DNA of 64,000 nt from Acinetobacter sp. (GCF_050285345.1 NZ_JBLZXR010000020.1:1966-65965), one strand, 5' to 3'. Positions 11,103 to 22,244 are shown, numbered from the stretch's first letter. Translations and numbers: made by a program. Notes: generated by a model not told the origin, from the sequence alone.

Positions 11103-12221
11103 ATGGATGCAGCTTTAAAAGGATTGAAAGTTCTCGATTTTTCGACATTATTACCTGGGCCTTTTGCAACAATGTACTTGGCGGACTTAGGTGCAGAAGT
11201 GATCCACATTGAGTCACCAACCCGACCAGACCTGATCCGTTTAATGCCGCCCTATGCCCATGGGCAGGCCACAGCACATAGTTATCTGAATCGAAACAAG
11301 CAGTCTGTTGCGTTGGACTTAAAAGATCCGGCCAATATTGAACTGATTAAAGCTAAAATTTCAGACTATGACATCGTGATTGAACAGTTTCGTCCCGGAG
11401 TGATGCAAAGACTGGGGTTGGACTATCCGACCTTATCTCAAATCAATCCGCGTTTGATTTATTGTTCCATTACTGGCTATGGGCAAACAGGTCATTATCA
11501 AAATAAGGCAGGGCACGATATCAATTATGTGGCTTTGTCAGGCATTGCTGGGCATAGTGGTCGACAACACGGTGGGCCACCACCGATGGGGATTCAAATT
11601 GCAGATATTGCCGGCGGCTCTTTACATAGCGTGATTGGTATATTGGCCGCAGTGATTGAAAGGCAACGTAGCGGACTTGGGCAATATATTGATATTTCGA
11701 TGACCGACTGTGTGGTCGGACTCAACAGTATGGCTGCTGCGGCAAGTTTGGCAGGACAGGAAAAACAAGGGCCTGAGCAAAGCTATCTGAATGGCGCGAC
11801 TTTTTATGACTACTATGAGACCCAAGATGGGCGTTATGTGTCGATTGGAAGTTTAGAGCCGCAGTTTCTGCAAGGGTTAGCACAGATTTTAGAGTTGCCG
11901 ATTGTGGCTGAAAAGGGGGCATCACTCACGACTGAAGACCGTCAAGTCGTGAAACAAGCGATAAAAGATAAAATTAAAAGCCAAGATTTTGCGGTATGGA
12001 ACACCATTTTTCAGCAACAAGATGTTTGCGTTGAGCCTGTATTAAAGTTGGACGAAGCACTTGATTCACAGTTGGCACAAGACCGCGCATGGGTAGTATC
12101 TGTGCCGTTAACCGAAGGGAACGCACAACATGAACAGCAATTGGCTTGCCCCATCAAGTTTTCGCGTTCAACTCTAAGATACGACTTTATCGGAAGGCCT
12201 TTGGGTGCTGATTCTTTATAA
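11103..12221 (+). CDS. CaiB/BaiF family III CoA-transferase / acyl-CoA racemase
   Basis: LKGLKVLDFS, LNRNKQS, FRPGVM, SITGYGQ, GHDINY motifs. Confidence 0.92.
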   Translation: MDAALKGLKVLDFSTLLPGPFATMYLADLGAEVIHIESPTRPDLIRLMPPYAHGQATAHSYLNRNKQSVALDLKDPANIELIKAKISDYDIVIEQFRPGVMQRLGLDYPTLSQINPRLIYCSITGYGQTGHYQNKAGHDINYVALSGIAGHSGRQHGGPPPMGIQIADIAGGSLHSVIGILAAVIERQRSGLGQYIDISMTDCVVGLNSMAAAASLAGQEKQGPEQSYLNGATFYDYYETQDGRYVSIGSLEPQFLQGLAQILELPIVAEKGASLTTEDRQVVKQAIKDKIKSQDFAVWNTIFQQQDVCVEPVLKLDEALDSQLAQDRAWVVSVPLTEGNAQHEQQLACPIKFSRSTLRYDFIGRPLGADSL

Positions 12222-12552
12222 ATGGCAGATATTTATGGTCCATTTGAGAACCAAATGGATAGAGTTTTGGCGGTGTATGCTGTATAGAGATAAATCGATG
12301 TATTGAAATTAAGGTGAAAAGAAGCCTAATTACTCAAGCTTCTTTTTATTATGAAAATAAATGCTAAGGAATGAATAAAATAATCAATATTGGTAAAAAT
12401 AAAGTAAAAACCGCTGAAAGGCTTTATATCAGTGAACTCTACATCGCCTTATCAATAAAATCGTTATAAAGTATGTAAAAAACGCATTTTGTTGATAGAT
12501 CAAATCTGGTTATGCTGTGCGCCGTTATAATAGAAATGACTAGCTGTACGCC

Positions 12553-14196
12553 ATGTATTTATATACTGATTTTGACCAGCAACTGGTTAATGAACGTGTT
12601 GCACAGTTCCGCGATCAAACGGAACGTTATTTAGCAGGCAAATTGACGGAAGATGAGTACCGTCCACTGCGCCTTCAAAATGGTTTGTATGTTCAGCGCT
12701 ATGCGCCGATGCTGCGTATTGCAGTGCCTTATGGTCTGATGAATTCCAAGCAGCTGCGTAAAGTTGCGGATTTGGCGCAAAAATTTGACCGCGGCTATGC
12801 GCACGTATCCACCCGTCAAAATATTCAGTTTAACTGGTCTGCACTAGAAAATGTACCGGACATGTTGCAAGAGCTTGCATCTGTTCAAATGCATTCGATT
12901 CAAACTTCAGGTAACTGTATCCGTAATACCACGACTGACCAATACTCAGGTGTAGTTGCGGGTGAAATTGCAGATCCGCGTCCAACGTGTGAATTGATTC
13001 GTCAGTGGTCAACTTTCCATCCTGAGTTTGCTTTCTTGCCACGTAAGTTCAAGATTGCAGTCTCAGCACTTGAAGAAACGGATCGTGCTGCAACCGCATT
13101 CCATGATATCGGTGTATATATCGTAAAAAATGAAGCGGGTGAAATTGGCTATAAAATTAAAGTCGGTGGTGGTTTAGGTCGTACCCCTGTAATTGGTAGT
13201 TTCATTCGCGACTTCTTGCCACGTGAAGATTTGATTGCCTACCTTGAAGCGGTGCTACGCGTCTATAACTTGCATGGTCGCCGTGACAACAAATACAAAG
13301 CACGTATTAAAATTTTAGTGAAAGCATTAACGCCAGCAGTATTTGCTGAAAAAGTTGAAGCTGAATTTGCGCATACCATCAAAACCTTAAAAGTTGATGC
13401 AGACACCTTGAAGAAAATGGATGAGAACTTCACGCCATTTGATTATCAAGATTATGCAGATGAAGATTTTACTACACAGTTCGCTGCGCATCCGAAATTC
13501 AAACAGTGGTTCAATATCAATACCAATGCGCATAAAGTGAAAGGCTACCGTATTGTGACGATTTCACTGAAACGTGCAGGGATTGCACCGGGTGACATGT
13601 CTACAGCAGAGATGAAGCTGATTGCAGACCTTGCAGACCAATATACTTTTGGTGAACTCCGCACCACGCATGAGCAAAATATTGCGTTGGTGGATGTGCC
13701 ACAAAAAGACTTATTTGAGCTTTGGAGCATTCTTGAGAAAAATAACCTCGCGCGTGCACATATTGGTTTCTTAACCGATATTATTTGCTGCCCAGGCGGT
13801 GATTTCTGTTCATTGGCGAATGCGAAATCGATTCCAATTTCAGAAGCGCTTTCACGTCGTTTTGATGACTTGGATACTATTTATAACCTCGGCAAATTGG
13901 ATTTGAATATTTCAGGTTGTATGAATGCCTGCGGTCATCACCATGTCGGCAACATTGGTATTTTGGGTGTGGACAAAAAAGGTGCTGAGTTCTACCAAAT
14001 TACTTTGGGTGGGAATGCAGACCATGATGCTTCGATTGGTGACATCTTAGGTCCATCCTTTGCAGCGGATGTGGTTCCAGACATCGTTGAAGAAATTTTG
14101 AATACCTATCTTGACCTTCGAAATGACGGTGAAGAATTTATCGAAACCTATCGCCGTGTTGGCATTCAACCGTTTAAGGAGCGCGCATATGCTTAA
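12553..14196 (+). CDS. cysI: Sulfite reductase hemoprotein (siroheme / 4Fe-4S)
   Basis: STRQNIQ; LPRKFKI; CCPGGDFC and SGCMNACG cluster/siroheme ligands; followed by DUF934. Confidence 0.9.
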   Translation: MYLYTDFDQQLVNERVAQFRDQTERYLAGKLTEDEYRPLRLQNGLYVQRYAPMLRIAVPYGLMNSKQLRKVADLAQKFDRGYAHVSTRQNIQFNWSALENVPDMLQELASVQMHSIQTSGNCIRNTTTDQYSGVVAGEIADPRPTCELIRQWSTFHPEFAFLPRKFKIAVSALEETDRAATAFHDIGVYIVKNEAGEIGYKIKVGGGLGRTPVIGSFIRDFLPREDLIAYLEAVLRVYNLHGRRDNKYKARIKILVKALTPAVFAEKVEAEFAHTIKTLKVDADTLKKMDENFTPFDYQDYADEDFTTQFAAHPKFKQWFNINTNAHKVKGYRIVTISLKRAGIAPGDMSTAEMKLIADLADQYTFGELRTTHEQNIALVDVPQKDLFELWSILEKNNLARAHIGFLTDIICCPGGDFCSLANAKSIPISEALSRRFDDLDTIYNLGKLDLNISGCMNACGHHHVGNIGILGVDKKGAEFYQITLGGNADHDASIGDILGPSFAADVVPDIVEEILNTYLDLRNDGEEFIETYRRVGIQPFKERAYA

Positions 14197-14674
14197 TCCA
14201 GCACGACAAGTCCTCTCTAAAGATGGCTCGATTGCAGACAATACCTATCAATTGGTCGGTGAAGATGGCGTGTTACCGCAAGGTGATGTGGTCTTAACGG
14301 CTGAACAATTAGATCAATTGGCTCAAGTTTCAGGTAAAAAAGCACTTTTGGTTACTGTTGATGTTTCACCTGAAACCCATGAATTTCCTCTAGATCAATT
14401 GGATGCCATCTTTATTGACTTTGCAGGCTTTAATGATGGCCGTGGTTATTCATTTGCAGCGTTATTACGTCGTCAAGGTTTCCAAGGTGAACTGCGCGCA
14501 ACCGGCGATGTGTTTAAAGATGTCTTGAACTATATGAAACGTGCTGGCTTTGATAGTTTCGTGATCAAAGAAGGCAAGGATGTTCTTGAAGCTGCGGCAG
14601 GTTTGGGCGATTTTACCCATCCTTACCAAGCATCTACCGCAGTTGCGCAAGCTAGTTATCAAACGGGCGCTTAA
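14189..14674 (+). CDS. DUF934 family protein (sulfite-reduction associated)
   Basis: FNDGRGYSFAALLR, GELRATGDV, GFDSF; start MLNPAR overlaps the cysI end. Confidence 0.88.
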   Translation: MLNPARQVLSKDGSIADNTYQLVGEDGVLPQGDVVLTAEQLDQLAQVSGKKALLVTVDVSPETHEFPLDQLDAIFIDFAGFNDGRGYSFAALLRRQGFQGELRATGDVFKDVLNYMKRAGFDSFVIKEGKDVLEAAAGLGDFTHPYQASTAVAQASYQTGA

Positions 14675-14689
14675 GGTTTCAAGTAAATG

Positions 14690-14717
14690 AAAAGCTGGAC
14701 TTCGGTCCAGCTTTTTT
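14690..14717 (+). terminator. Intrinsic terminator with cUUCGg tetraloop
   Basis: aaaagctggac-ttcg-gtccagctttttt. Confidence 0.85.
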
Positions 14718-14776
14718 GTATTTATACGCAGCATTTTGATGAACAGATTTGAGACAAAGAGGAAGGTAAATTGGCG

Positions 14777-15130
14777 ATGATGGCACTGTTTGCAAAAATT
14801 AATCCGGGTGTCATTTGGCTATTGGTCGCCATCGTCACAGATGTACTCTCAACGTTTTATTCAGCCAAGGGCAATGGTCTGGTCAATAAATTGGACCAAG
14901 GTATTGCCTTAGTGCTTTACATCATTTCCTTTGCTTGCGCAGCCTATGCCTTGAAATTTATGCAAGCAGGCATTTTATATGTGCTGTGGTCTGGCATTGG
15001 GGTGATTGCTACAGCACTATTGGCTAAAACCTTTTTAGGGCAAAATATTGATTTAGCGGGATGGGTGGGGATTGGTTTTATTACTGTTGGGCTTACTATT
15101 ATTGCGCAATTTTCAAATATTGATGTTTAA
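14777..15130 (+). CDS. SMR/DMT family small multidrug transporter-like protein
   Basis: 4 TM helices; YVLWSGIG motif; Asp at the TM1 acidic position. Confidence 0.8.
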   Translation: MMALFAKINPGVIWLLVAIVTDVLSTFYSAKGNGLVNKLDQGIALVLYIISFACAAYALKFMQAGILYVLWSGIGVIATALLAKTFLGQNIDLAGWVGIGFITVGLTIIAQFSNIDV

Positions 15131-15143
15131 AAGTAGGAACATT

Positions 15144-15593
15144 TTATCCCTCTTCTAATTGGCAATTCACCATCCATTGAATACCAAATTGATCGGTAAA
15201 TGCGCCATAAAGTGCACCCCAAAACGTTTTATCGAGAGGCATTTCAATTTTCCCATTAACTGAAAGTGCATCAAATAAGCGTTTTGCATCGGCTTGTTCA
15301 TGAGCTTCCAAATTGATTGAAATATAGTGATTATTGCCTAGCGTAAATACAGTATTGGTTTGGGCACAGAATTGATCATTGGTGTCCGATGCCATGAGTA
15401 CCGTTGTTGCGTTGATGGGCAGTGAAATATGCATAACTTTTTGTTGATCAGCTTCGGAAAGTGTGGAACCTTGCTCTGAAGGTATGTCGCCATAACGCAT
15501 GAAAGCTGCAAACTCTCCACCAAAGACGGATTTGTAAAAATTAAAAGCGGCTTCGGCTTGACCATCAAAGTTGAGGTAGTGATTCAGTTGCAT
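15144..15593 (-). CDS. VOC family protein (PhnB/YjdN-like)
   Basis: YLNFDGQAEAAFNFYKSVFG; FWGALYG..TDQFGIQW. Confidence 0.88.
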   Translation of the reverse strand: MQLNHYLNFDGQAEAAFNFYKSVFGGEFAAFMRYGDIPSEQGSTLSEADQQKVMHISLPINATTVLMASDTNDQFCAQTNTVFTLGNNHYISINLEAHEQADAKRLFDALSVNGKIEMPLDKTFWGALYGAFTDQFGIQWMVNCQLEEG

Positions 15594-15774
15594 AGTGCTA
15601 TCCTCGTTGTTTTTTCGTTGTTATTTTAACAAGGCACACTCACTCACCATAATATAGTCTTGTAATAAAAATCCCTCAATGCAGAGGGATTTTTATAAAT
15701 GCTGTTTTTATATCAGCAAAATTTTCGATCTTTTATTGTATAAAAATATATCAATAACAGATCATGCTTGAGGA

Positions 15775-16950
15775 TTAAAGTAATTCGAGGGCTACCGCAG
15801 TCGCTTCACCACCACCGATACATAACGCAGCAATACCTTTTTTACCGCCTGTACGTTTTAAGGCATGAATCAAGGTCAGAATAATACGCGAACCTGTTGA
15901 GCCGACAGGGTGACCGAGTGCACATGCACCACCGTTAATGTTCACTTTTGCCGGATCAAGTTTGAAATCATCCATTGGACACATGGTCACCATGGCAAAG
16001 GCTTCATTGATTTCCCAAAGGTCAACGTCTTGAGCATCCCAACCAGTTTGGTTTAAAACTTTTTGAATCGCACCGACTGGTGCAATGGTAAATTCAGACG
16101 GATGCTGCGAATTTGAAGCATACGCTACAATTTTGGCTAAAGGCGCTAAGCCTTTATTACTGGCATTCTCTGCTGAAGTTAAAACTAAAGCCGATGCACC
16201 ATCTGAAATTGAACTTGCATTCGCCGCAGTGATGGTTCCATCTTTAGCAAAGGCAGGGCGGAGGCTTGGAATTTTGGCAATGTTGGCGTTGAATGGTTGC
16301 TCATCTTTATCTACAACCACATCGCCTTTACGGGTTGAAATGGTTACTGGCACGATTTCATCGGCAAAGTAACCTTCATTGACCGCTGTTTGTGCGCGTT
16401 CTAATGAACGAATTGCGAAAGCATCCATTTGTTCACGAGTATAGCCACGAGTATTGGCCATGTCTTGTGCAAAAGAACCCATCAAACGACCTGTTTCAGC
16501 ATCTTCTAAACCATCTAGGAACATATGGTCTTTAACATCACCATGCCCCATACGGTAACCCGCACGTGCTTTGGTTAAAATATAAGGTGCATTGGTCATC
16601 GACTCCATGCCACCTGCCACGACGATATGGGCTGATCCTGCTTTGATCATATCCGCAGCTTGCATCACTGCTTTCATGCCAGAACCACAGAGTTTGTTAA
16701 TAGTCACGGCACCTGTTGAATCAGGCAAATCTGCTTGACGCATGGCTTGACGTGCTGGGCCTTGTTTTAAACCCGCAGGTAGAACACAGCCCATAATGAC
16801 TTCTTCTACATCGTTTGCTTGTAGACCAGCACGTGCAACGGCTTCTTTAATGGTGATTGCACCGAGTTCAGGTGCAGTTACAGAAGCAAGGCTCCCTTGA
16901 AATCCACCCATAGCAGTACGGGCACCATTGACGATGACAATCTCAGTCAT
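15775..16950 (-). CDS. Acetyl-CoA acetyltransferase (thiolase)
   Basis: NKLCGSG; NEAF; GHPVGSTG; CIGGG. Confidence 0.93.
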   Translation of the reverse strand: MTEIVIVNGARTAMGGFQGSLASVTAPELGAITIKEAVARAGLQANDVEEVIMGCVLPAGLKQGPARQAMRQADLPDSTGAVTINKLCGSGMKAVMQAADMIKAGSAHIVVAGGMESMTNAPYILTKARAGYRMGHGDVKDHMFLDGLEDAETGRLMGSFAQDMANTRGYTREQMDAFAIRSLERAQTAVNEGYFADEIVPVTISTRKGDVVVDKDEQPFNANIAKIPSLRPAFAKDGTITAANASSISDGASALVLTSAENASNKGLAPLAKIVAYASNSQHPSEFTIAPVGAIQKVLNQTGWDAQDVDLWEINEAFAMVTMCPMDDFKLDPAKVNINGGACALGHPVGSTGSRIILTLIHALKRTGGKKGIAALCIGGGEATAVALELL

Positions 16951-17066
16951 TATGAATCTCCAATTCCATGTGCGTTAATTTTTAAAATGCTTTAGCAGTA
17001 TATGTAAAACGAATCAGGAATAAAGAAAATTTAAAGCTTCCTTGTAGACTCATGGGTTTCCTGTTT

Positions 17067-17588
17067 TTAACAACTGGCAGGATTTTCAAAACGTATCTGT
17101 CCCATTTTACTCAGGAGTATACGTATATGTTGGACAGAAGTTTTAGAGCAATAATAAAAGCTGCCATTTGAGCCATTTGGTAAGCCGTAACCTGCTTGAA
17201 AGGTGAGACTGGGAATTCTTAGTGTGCCGCGCCAATTTAAATCTCCATATTTAAGATTGAGTTGCTCCTGATGTAATATTTTTTCATTGGCATCCACACG
17301 TCTATTTTTATTGGTGTCTATAAATAGGATGAAACCTGTATTCCAACTGTTTGCGAGGCATTGCTGCTGATCTACACTGGGGCAAATCACCACATTAGAA
17401 TGATATAAAGCTGCATTATTTCGCGCCAAATGGTTCATGCTTAATAAGGTTGCCTTGACGTTTTTGGCTTCTCGCTCTGCCATTAAGTTATTGAAATGTG
17501 GTAAAGCAATGGTGGCGAATATAGCAATGATGGTAATGACGACAATAAGTTCAAATAGTGTGAACCCATTTTTTGTTGAATAAGGCAT
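17067..17588 (-). CDS. GspH/FimT family minor pilin (type IV prepilin)
   Basis: Prepilin cleavage site G|FTLFE plus hydrophobic helix; paired Cys; FimT-like C-terminus. Confidence 0.85.
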   Translation of the reverse strand: MPYSTKNGFTLFELIVVITIIAIFATIALPHFNNLMAEREAKNVKATLLSMNHLARNNAALYHSNVVICPSVDQQQCLANSWNTGFILFIDTNKNRRVDANEKILHQEQLNLKYGDLNWRGTLRIPSLTFQAGYGLPNGSNGSFYYCSKTSVQHIRILLSKMGQIRFENPASC

Positions 17589-17967
17589 TGATTTAATCCT
17601 GATTTTAATATTATTTTTATAAATGTTGTGTTATAGGTATCATTAATCGCAATATAAATTTTGGGTATTGAATTTTATTACTCAATTTTTAATAAAGCTG
17701 TTAAAATGAAAATAGCAAGTGACAATAGGCGATTCACAGCTCAAAATTGAGTAGAAATTTACCGAATTACAACGGAAATTGTAAGTAATTTTGTCAATAA
17801 TTTACTTGATTAAATTAATCAAGCACTTGGAAAAAGAATAAAGTGTTTGTATGATTCAGCGTGAATAGCTTACAAAAAAAACTGGGGTATTTAGAAAGCC
17901 TATCTCAGGATAGCCAATTTTTCGGCTTGAGCTTGAACAACAATTGTTATCTCTGGAGGATAAATCC

Positions 17968-19014
17968 ATGAAAATGAGTCGTATTGCATTAGCAATGCTC
18001 GTAGCTGCTCCTTTAGCTGCTGCAAACGCAGGCGTAACTGTTACTCCATTAATGCTTGGTTACACTTTCCAAGATTCTGAACACAACAACAGCCGTGGCA
18101 ACCTAACTGAAGGTCCTGAGCTACAAGACGACTTGTTTGTTGGTGCAGCACTTGGTGTTGAATTAACTCCATGGTTAGGTTTCGAAGCTGAATACAACCA
18201 AGTTAAAGGTGATGTTGATCCGCTTGACAGCGAATACAAACAAACTCAAATCAACGGTAACTTCTATGCTACTTCTGATTTGATCACTAAAAACTATGAC
18301 AGCAAAGTTAAGCCATATGTATTGTTAGGTGCTGGTCACTACAAATACAAATTTGACGAAGCTGATGCTCGTGGTTTAGGTGCTGACCGTGGTACTACTG
18401 AAGAAGGTACTTTGGGTAATGCTGGTCTAGGTGCTTTCTGGCGCTTAAACGATGCTTTATCTCTACGTACTGAAGCTCGTGCTACTTACAACATTGACGA
18501 AGATTTCTGGAACTATACAGCTTTAGCTGGTCTTAACGTAGTTCTTGGTGGTCACCTTAAACCAGCTGCTCCTGTAGTTGAAGTTGCTCCTGTAGCTCCA
18601 GTTGCTCCAGTTGCTCCAGCTCCACAAGAGTTGACTGAAGACCTTAACATGGAACTTCGTGTGTTCTTTGATACAAACAAATCAAACATCAAAGATCAAT
18701 ACAAACCAGAAATCGCGAAAGTTGCTGAAAAGTTAGTTGAATACCCTAACGCTACAGCGAACATCGAAGGTCACACAGATAACACTGGTCCACGTGCGCT
18801 AAACGAACGTTTATCATTGGCTCGTGCTAACTCTGTTAAATCTTCACTTGTTAACGAATATAACGTTGATCCAGCTCGTTTATCGACTCAAGGTTTCGCT
18901 TGGGATCAACCGATCGCTGACAATAACACTAAAGAAGGCCGTGCTATGAACCGTCGTGTATTCGCGACTATCTCTGGTAGCCGTACTGTTGTAGCTGAAC
19001 CAGCTGCTCAATAA
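17968..19014 (+). CDS. ompA: Outer membrane protein A
   Basis: [21 protein letters not shown] signal; beta-barrel; C-terminal GHTDNTG...NERLSLARA...NRRV; SD ggagga. Confidence 0.97.
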   Translation: MKMSRIALAMLVAAPLAAANAGVTVTPLMLGYTFQDSEHNNSRGNLTEGPELQDDLFVGAALGVELTPWLGFEAEYNQVKGDVDPLDSEYKQTQINGNFYATSDLITKNYDSKVKPYVLLGAGHYKYKFDEADARGLGADRGTTEEGTLGNAGLGAFWRLNDALSLRTEARATYNIDEDFWNYTALAGLNVVLGGHLKPAAPVVEVAPVAPVAPVAPAPQELTEDLNMELRVFFDTNKSNIKDQYKPEIAKVAEKLVEYPNATANIEGHTDNTGPRALNERLSLARANSVKSSLVNEYNVDPARLSTQGFAWDQPIADNNTKEGRAMNRRVFATISGSRTVVAEPAAQ

Positions 19015-19037
19015 TTTGAGTTTACAACGGTAAAAAG

Positions 19038-19065
19038 AAAGCGACTCTTATGAGTCGCTTTTTTT
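19038..19065 (+). terminator. ompA intrinsic terminator
   Basis: aaagcgactc-ttat-gagtcgcttttttt. Confidence 0.85.
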
Positions 19066-19114
19066 ATGCTTATTTTGGGTAGAATAATGAGCTTGAATCA
19101 ACTTGAGCTGGACC

Positions 19115-19660
19115 ATGAGTATGGAAATTCCAAAAGACTTACAAAATTTACAAGCCAATGGTGGGGTGTTTGCGATTTGGATGGTGTTTCATCACTATGG
19201 TGTGGATTTAGATATTTCTGATTTAGCTCAATTATGTAAGCATAATGATCAGGATGGAACTTTTGGTATTTCACTTGCTGCGGCACTGAAGAAACTTGGT
19301 TTGGATGTGGAGTTTTATACAGCACATGACCCAGCACCGCATTCGACTGAGGTACAAAGTTATCTTGAAGCGCAGGCCCTAAATATTTCATTACACGCCG
19401 CGTTAAGTTATGAGCAACTCCAAGAGTTTGTGGCGGCGGGACGCTTTGTCATAGTGTATTACGATACCTTGGAGGGTATAGGCAACCATTCTTTAATTTA
19501 TTCTATGGATGATCAAGAAGTTTGTTTCTTTGATAGTTTTGATCCAATGTCCGCTGAAGTATTTGAGCAGCAACGCAAGAAACCAGGTATATGTCAGCAG
19601 GCTATTGTCATTGATGACCGTAATTTTGTGATGCGTGAAGATGAAGTATTAGAAGAATAA
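19115..19660 (+). CDS. Peptidase C39-like (papain-fold) protein, apparently lacking the catalytic Cys
   Basis: C39-like layout (GT..I.LA.ALK.LGL; VIVYY; GNHSLI; FFDS); Gly at the expected Cys position. Confidence 0.65.
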   Translation: MSMEIPKDLQNLQANGGVFAIWMVFHHYGVDLDISDLAQLCKHNDQDGTFGISLAAALKKLGLDVEFYTAHDPAPHSTEVQSYLEAQALNISLHAALSYEQLQEFVAAGRFVIVYYDTLEGIGNHSLIYSMDDQEVCFFDSFDPMSAEVFEQQRKKPGICQQAIVIDDRNFVMREDEVLEE

Positions 19661-19730
19661 ATCAAAGCCAAAAAGTTAAAATTTCAAGCATAAAAAAGCA
19701 GCTCTAAAGCTGCTTTTAAATTTCTAAACA

Positions 19731-21197
19731 TTAATCTTGATCTGGACTCATGGGTTTTACGTCCATGTTTTGGTAAGAGACTAACTTCGTTTTGTTTTTC
19801 CATTTATAGCCTAGCCAAATCATCAAGAAGAGTGGCAGACTGATATAGGTTGATAATACCCCCATCCAATCTCCAGCAGTCACTGCTTGATAGTTTTGAC
19901 CGAGAACCACAATGGTACAAAGAATAAATGCAAACCACGGTGCAAACGGGAAAAATTTTGCGCGATATGCCAAATCTTCTAGCTTGTAACCTTGTGCCAA
20001 GTAGCCTTTGCGGAAACGATAATGAGATATCGCTATACCGAGCCATACAATAAAGCCACACATACCTGACATATTTAGCAGCCAGTTAAAAACTTCTTGT
20101 TCACCTAAAAAAGTGGTTAAGAAGCAAAGCGCGGCAATTGCTGTTGTAGCATAGAGTGCATTCATTGGTACACCGCGTGGATCTAAGCGTGCGAATAGCT
20201 TCGGTGCACTGCCTTTACGCGCCATATCAAATAGCATACGTGTTGATGAATACATGCCTGAGTTACCAGCAGACAAAATTGCAGTCAAAATCACTGCATT
20301 CATCAAACTGGCTGCGAAAGCAAAACCTGCTTTTTCATATAGCAAGGTAAAGGGCGACAGCGCAATATTATCCGTTGCTGCAGCTTGCAGTAAGCGTGGA
20401 TCATCGTAGGCAATCAGAGTGCCAATAATGAAAATACATACCACATAGAACAATAAAATACGCCAGAAAATTTGCTTGATTGCAACAGGAATTGTTTTCT
20501 TCGGATCTTTCGATTCACCTGCGGCAACACCAACCATCTCAGTCCCTTGGAAAGAGAATCCCGCAATCATTGCAACCCCAATCAAGGCTTGTAAGCCACC
20601 GACAAAAGGTGCTTCACCTTTGGTCCAGTTGGCAAAAGCAGACACATCAGAAGTTAGCATGATTTTCCCAATCATGAATAAACCAATAATGATAAAGGCG
20701 ATAATGGCAACGACTTTGACCAAAGAGAAGAGAAATTCACTTTCACCAAAACCCTTCACAGTTAAGGCATTAATGGCAAAAATAATCGCCAAGAACAGCG
20801 CACTCCAGTAAAAACCTGGAATGTCAGGGAACCAGAATTTCATAATGAATTGAACAGCAACCAATTCAAATGCAACAGTAATGGCCCAGTTGTACCAATA
20901 GTTCCATCCTAAAGCGAAGCCGAAACCACCCTCAACATACTTGGTGCCATAGGTAAAAAAGGCACCAGAGCTCGGGTTGTGTGTAGCAAGCTCGCCTAAA
21001 CTGGTCATCAAGAAGTAAATCATGATGCCAATTAAGCAGTATGCCAGTAGCGCGCCGCCTGGGCCCGCATTGGCAATCGTTGCACCAGAAGCAAGGAATA
21101 AACCTGTACCAATAGAGCCACCGATTGCAATCATATTGAGATGGCGAGCACCCAACTTACGCTGAAGTTGAGCTGGTTTTTGAGTTTCGCTCATCAT
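19731..21197 (-). CDS. lysP: APC family amino acid permease, lysine-specific permease-like
   Basis: RHLNMIAIGGSIGTGLFL; GFSFQGTE; 12 TM. Confidence 0.8.
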   Translation of the reverse strand: MMSETQKPAQLQRKLGARHLNMIAIGGSIGTGLFLASGATIANAGPGGALLAYCLIGIMIYFLMTSLGELATHNPSSGAFFTYGTKYVEGGFGFALGWNYWYNWAITVAFELVAVQFIMKFWFPDIPGFYWSALFLAIIFAINALTVKGFGESEFLFSLVKVVAIIAFIIIGLFMIGKIMLTSDVSAFANWTKGEAPFVGGLQALIGVAMIAGFSFQGTEMVGVAAGESKDPKKTIPVAIKQIFWRILLFYVVCIFIIGTLIAYDDPRLLQAAATDNIALSPFTLLYEKAGFAFAASLMNAVILTAILSAGNSGMYSSTRMLFDMARKGSAPKLFARLDPRGVPMNALYATTAIAALCFLTTFLGEQEVFNWLLNMSGMCGFIVWLGIAISHYRFRKGYLAQGYKLEDLAYRAKFFPFAPWFAFILCTIVVLGQNYQAVTAGDWMGVLSTYISLPLFLMIWLGYKWKNKTKLVSYQNMDVKPMSPDQD

Positions 21198-22228
21198 TAT
21201 TCCTTAAGATTTTTTTGCGTGCTCGCAAACAACACTTTAAAGCCTTGTTGGTCTGCTTTGATGGTACATTGACCGTAATGTTGCTCAATTAAGATTGGAT
21301 AATTGAGGAAACGGTTAGCAACAATCCAAAGCTCCCCCCCAGACTTTAAGTGTCTGCGCGAAGTTTTGCATAGATTTTCACTGGCATTGTAGTCGGTTTG
21401 AATCCCTTGATGGAAGGGTGGGTTGCTGACAATGGCATGTAAAAATAGCGGAGCGTCTTCAATTCCTGATACTGCTTTGATCTCAAGCTGTTCAGGTTCA
21501 AGGAGATTTTTCTCAAAGGTCATTTGCGTAGAGGCCAATGCAAAGGCATCTACATCCATCGCAAAAATACGATTTTTCGGATTGAGTTTGGCTAAATAGG
21601 CACTGATGACACCTGCGCCACAACCAAAGTCAGCAATTTTGCCGGAGGTCACTTGGGATAAATAGGGTAATAAAGTCGCAGTACCGACATCCAGTCGATT
21701 TTGACTAAAGACACCAGGTAGGGCACAAATAGTAAGATCGCCATTTGGGGTTGCCACGGTATATTGCTGTACCCAATCTTTTAATGCTTTGGTGCTGACG
21801 GTTTTTTCTAATTGGGTTTGCCACATTTGGCAATGACGCGCACTGTCGAGTTTTAAAGTTTTGCCATAGGGCTGCATTTGTTTGGCAGCACGTTCAACCC
21901 CGCCTTTTTTCTCACCCACTAAGAAAATTGAAGCGCCTTGAGCAAGATGGCTTGCGACATTATGCAGTAGGTAATTGAGTAATTCTTTTGATTTGGGTAC
22001 AAAAATCACAGCTTGGTCAAATTGTGCTTCTGGAAATTCGACGCCAAAATGTACATCCGACTGTTGTGATTGAAAGTACTGATAATCATTAAAATTCCAG
22101 CACCAAATGGATGGCTGGACGGATTCGTTGAATTGACTGAGTAATTCATCTGTCGGTGCGTTGACGAATAGCACACGGCCTTTCAAAAAATCGATCTGTC
22201 GAATGACGACTTCACTTGTTAGATCCAT
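21197..22228 (-). CDS. rsmC: 16S rRNA m2G1207 methyltransferase RsmC-like
   Basis: DSARHC; LPGVFS..LDVGT; DFGCGAG; SNPPFH; start moved to MDLT after SD ggag. Confidence 0.88.
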   Translation of the reverse strand: MDLTSEVVIRQIDFLKGRVLFVNAPTDELLSQFNESVQPSIWCWNFNDYQYFQSQQSDVHFGVEFPEAQFDQAVIFVPKSKELLNYLLHNVASHLAQGASIFLVGEKKGGVERAAKQMQPYGKTLKLDSARHCQMWQTQLEKTVSTKALKDWVQQYTVATPNGDLTICALPGVFSQNRLDVGTATLLPYLSQVTSGKIADFGCGAGVISAYLAKLNPKNRIFAMDVDAFALASTQMTFEKNLLEPEQLEIKAVSGIEDAPLFLHAIVSNPPFHQGIQTDYNASENLCKTSRRHLKSGGELWIVANRFLNYPILIEQHYGQCTIKADQQGFKVLFASTQKNLKE

Positions 22229-22244
22229 TGATCTCTCCATCATA

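Noticed and set aside
18583..18618. (VAP)4 9-bp tandem repeat in ompA
   Set aside because: Normal Pro/Ala-rich hinge between the OmpA domains.
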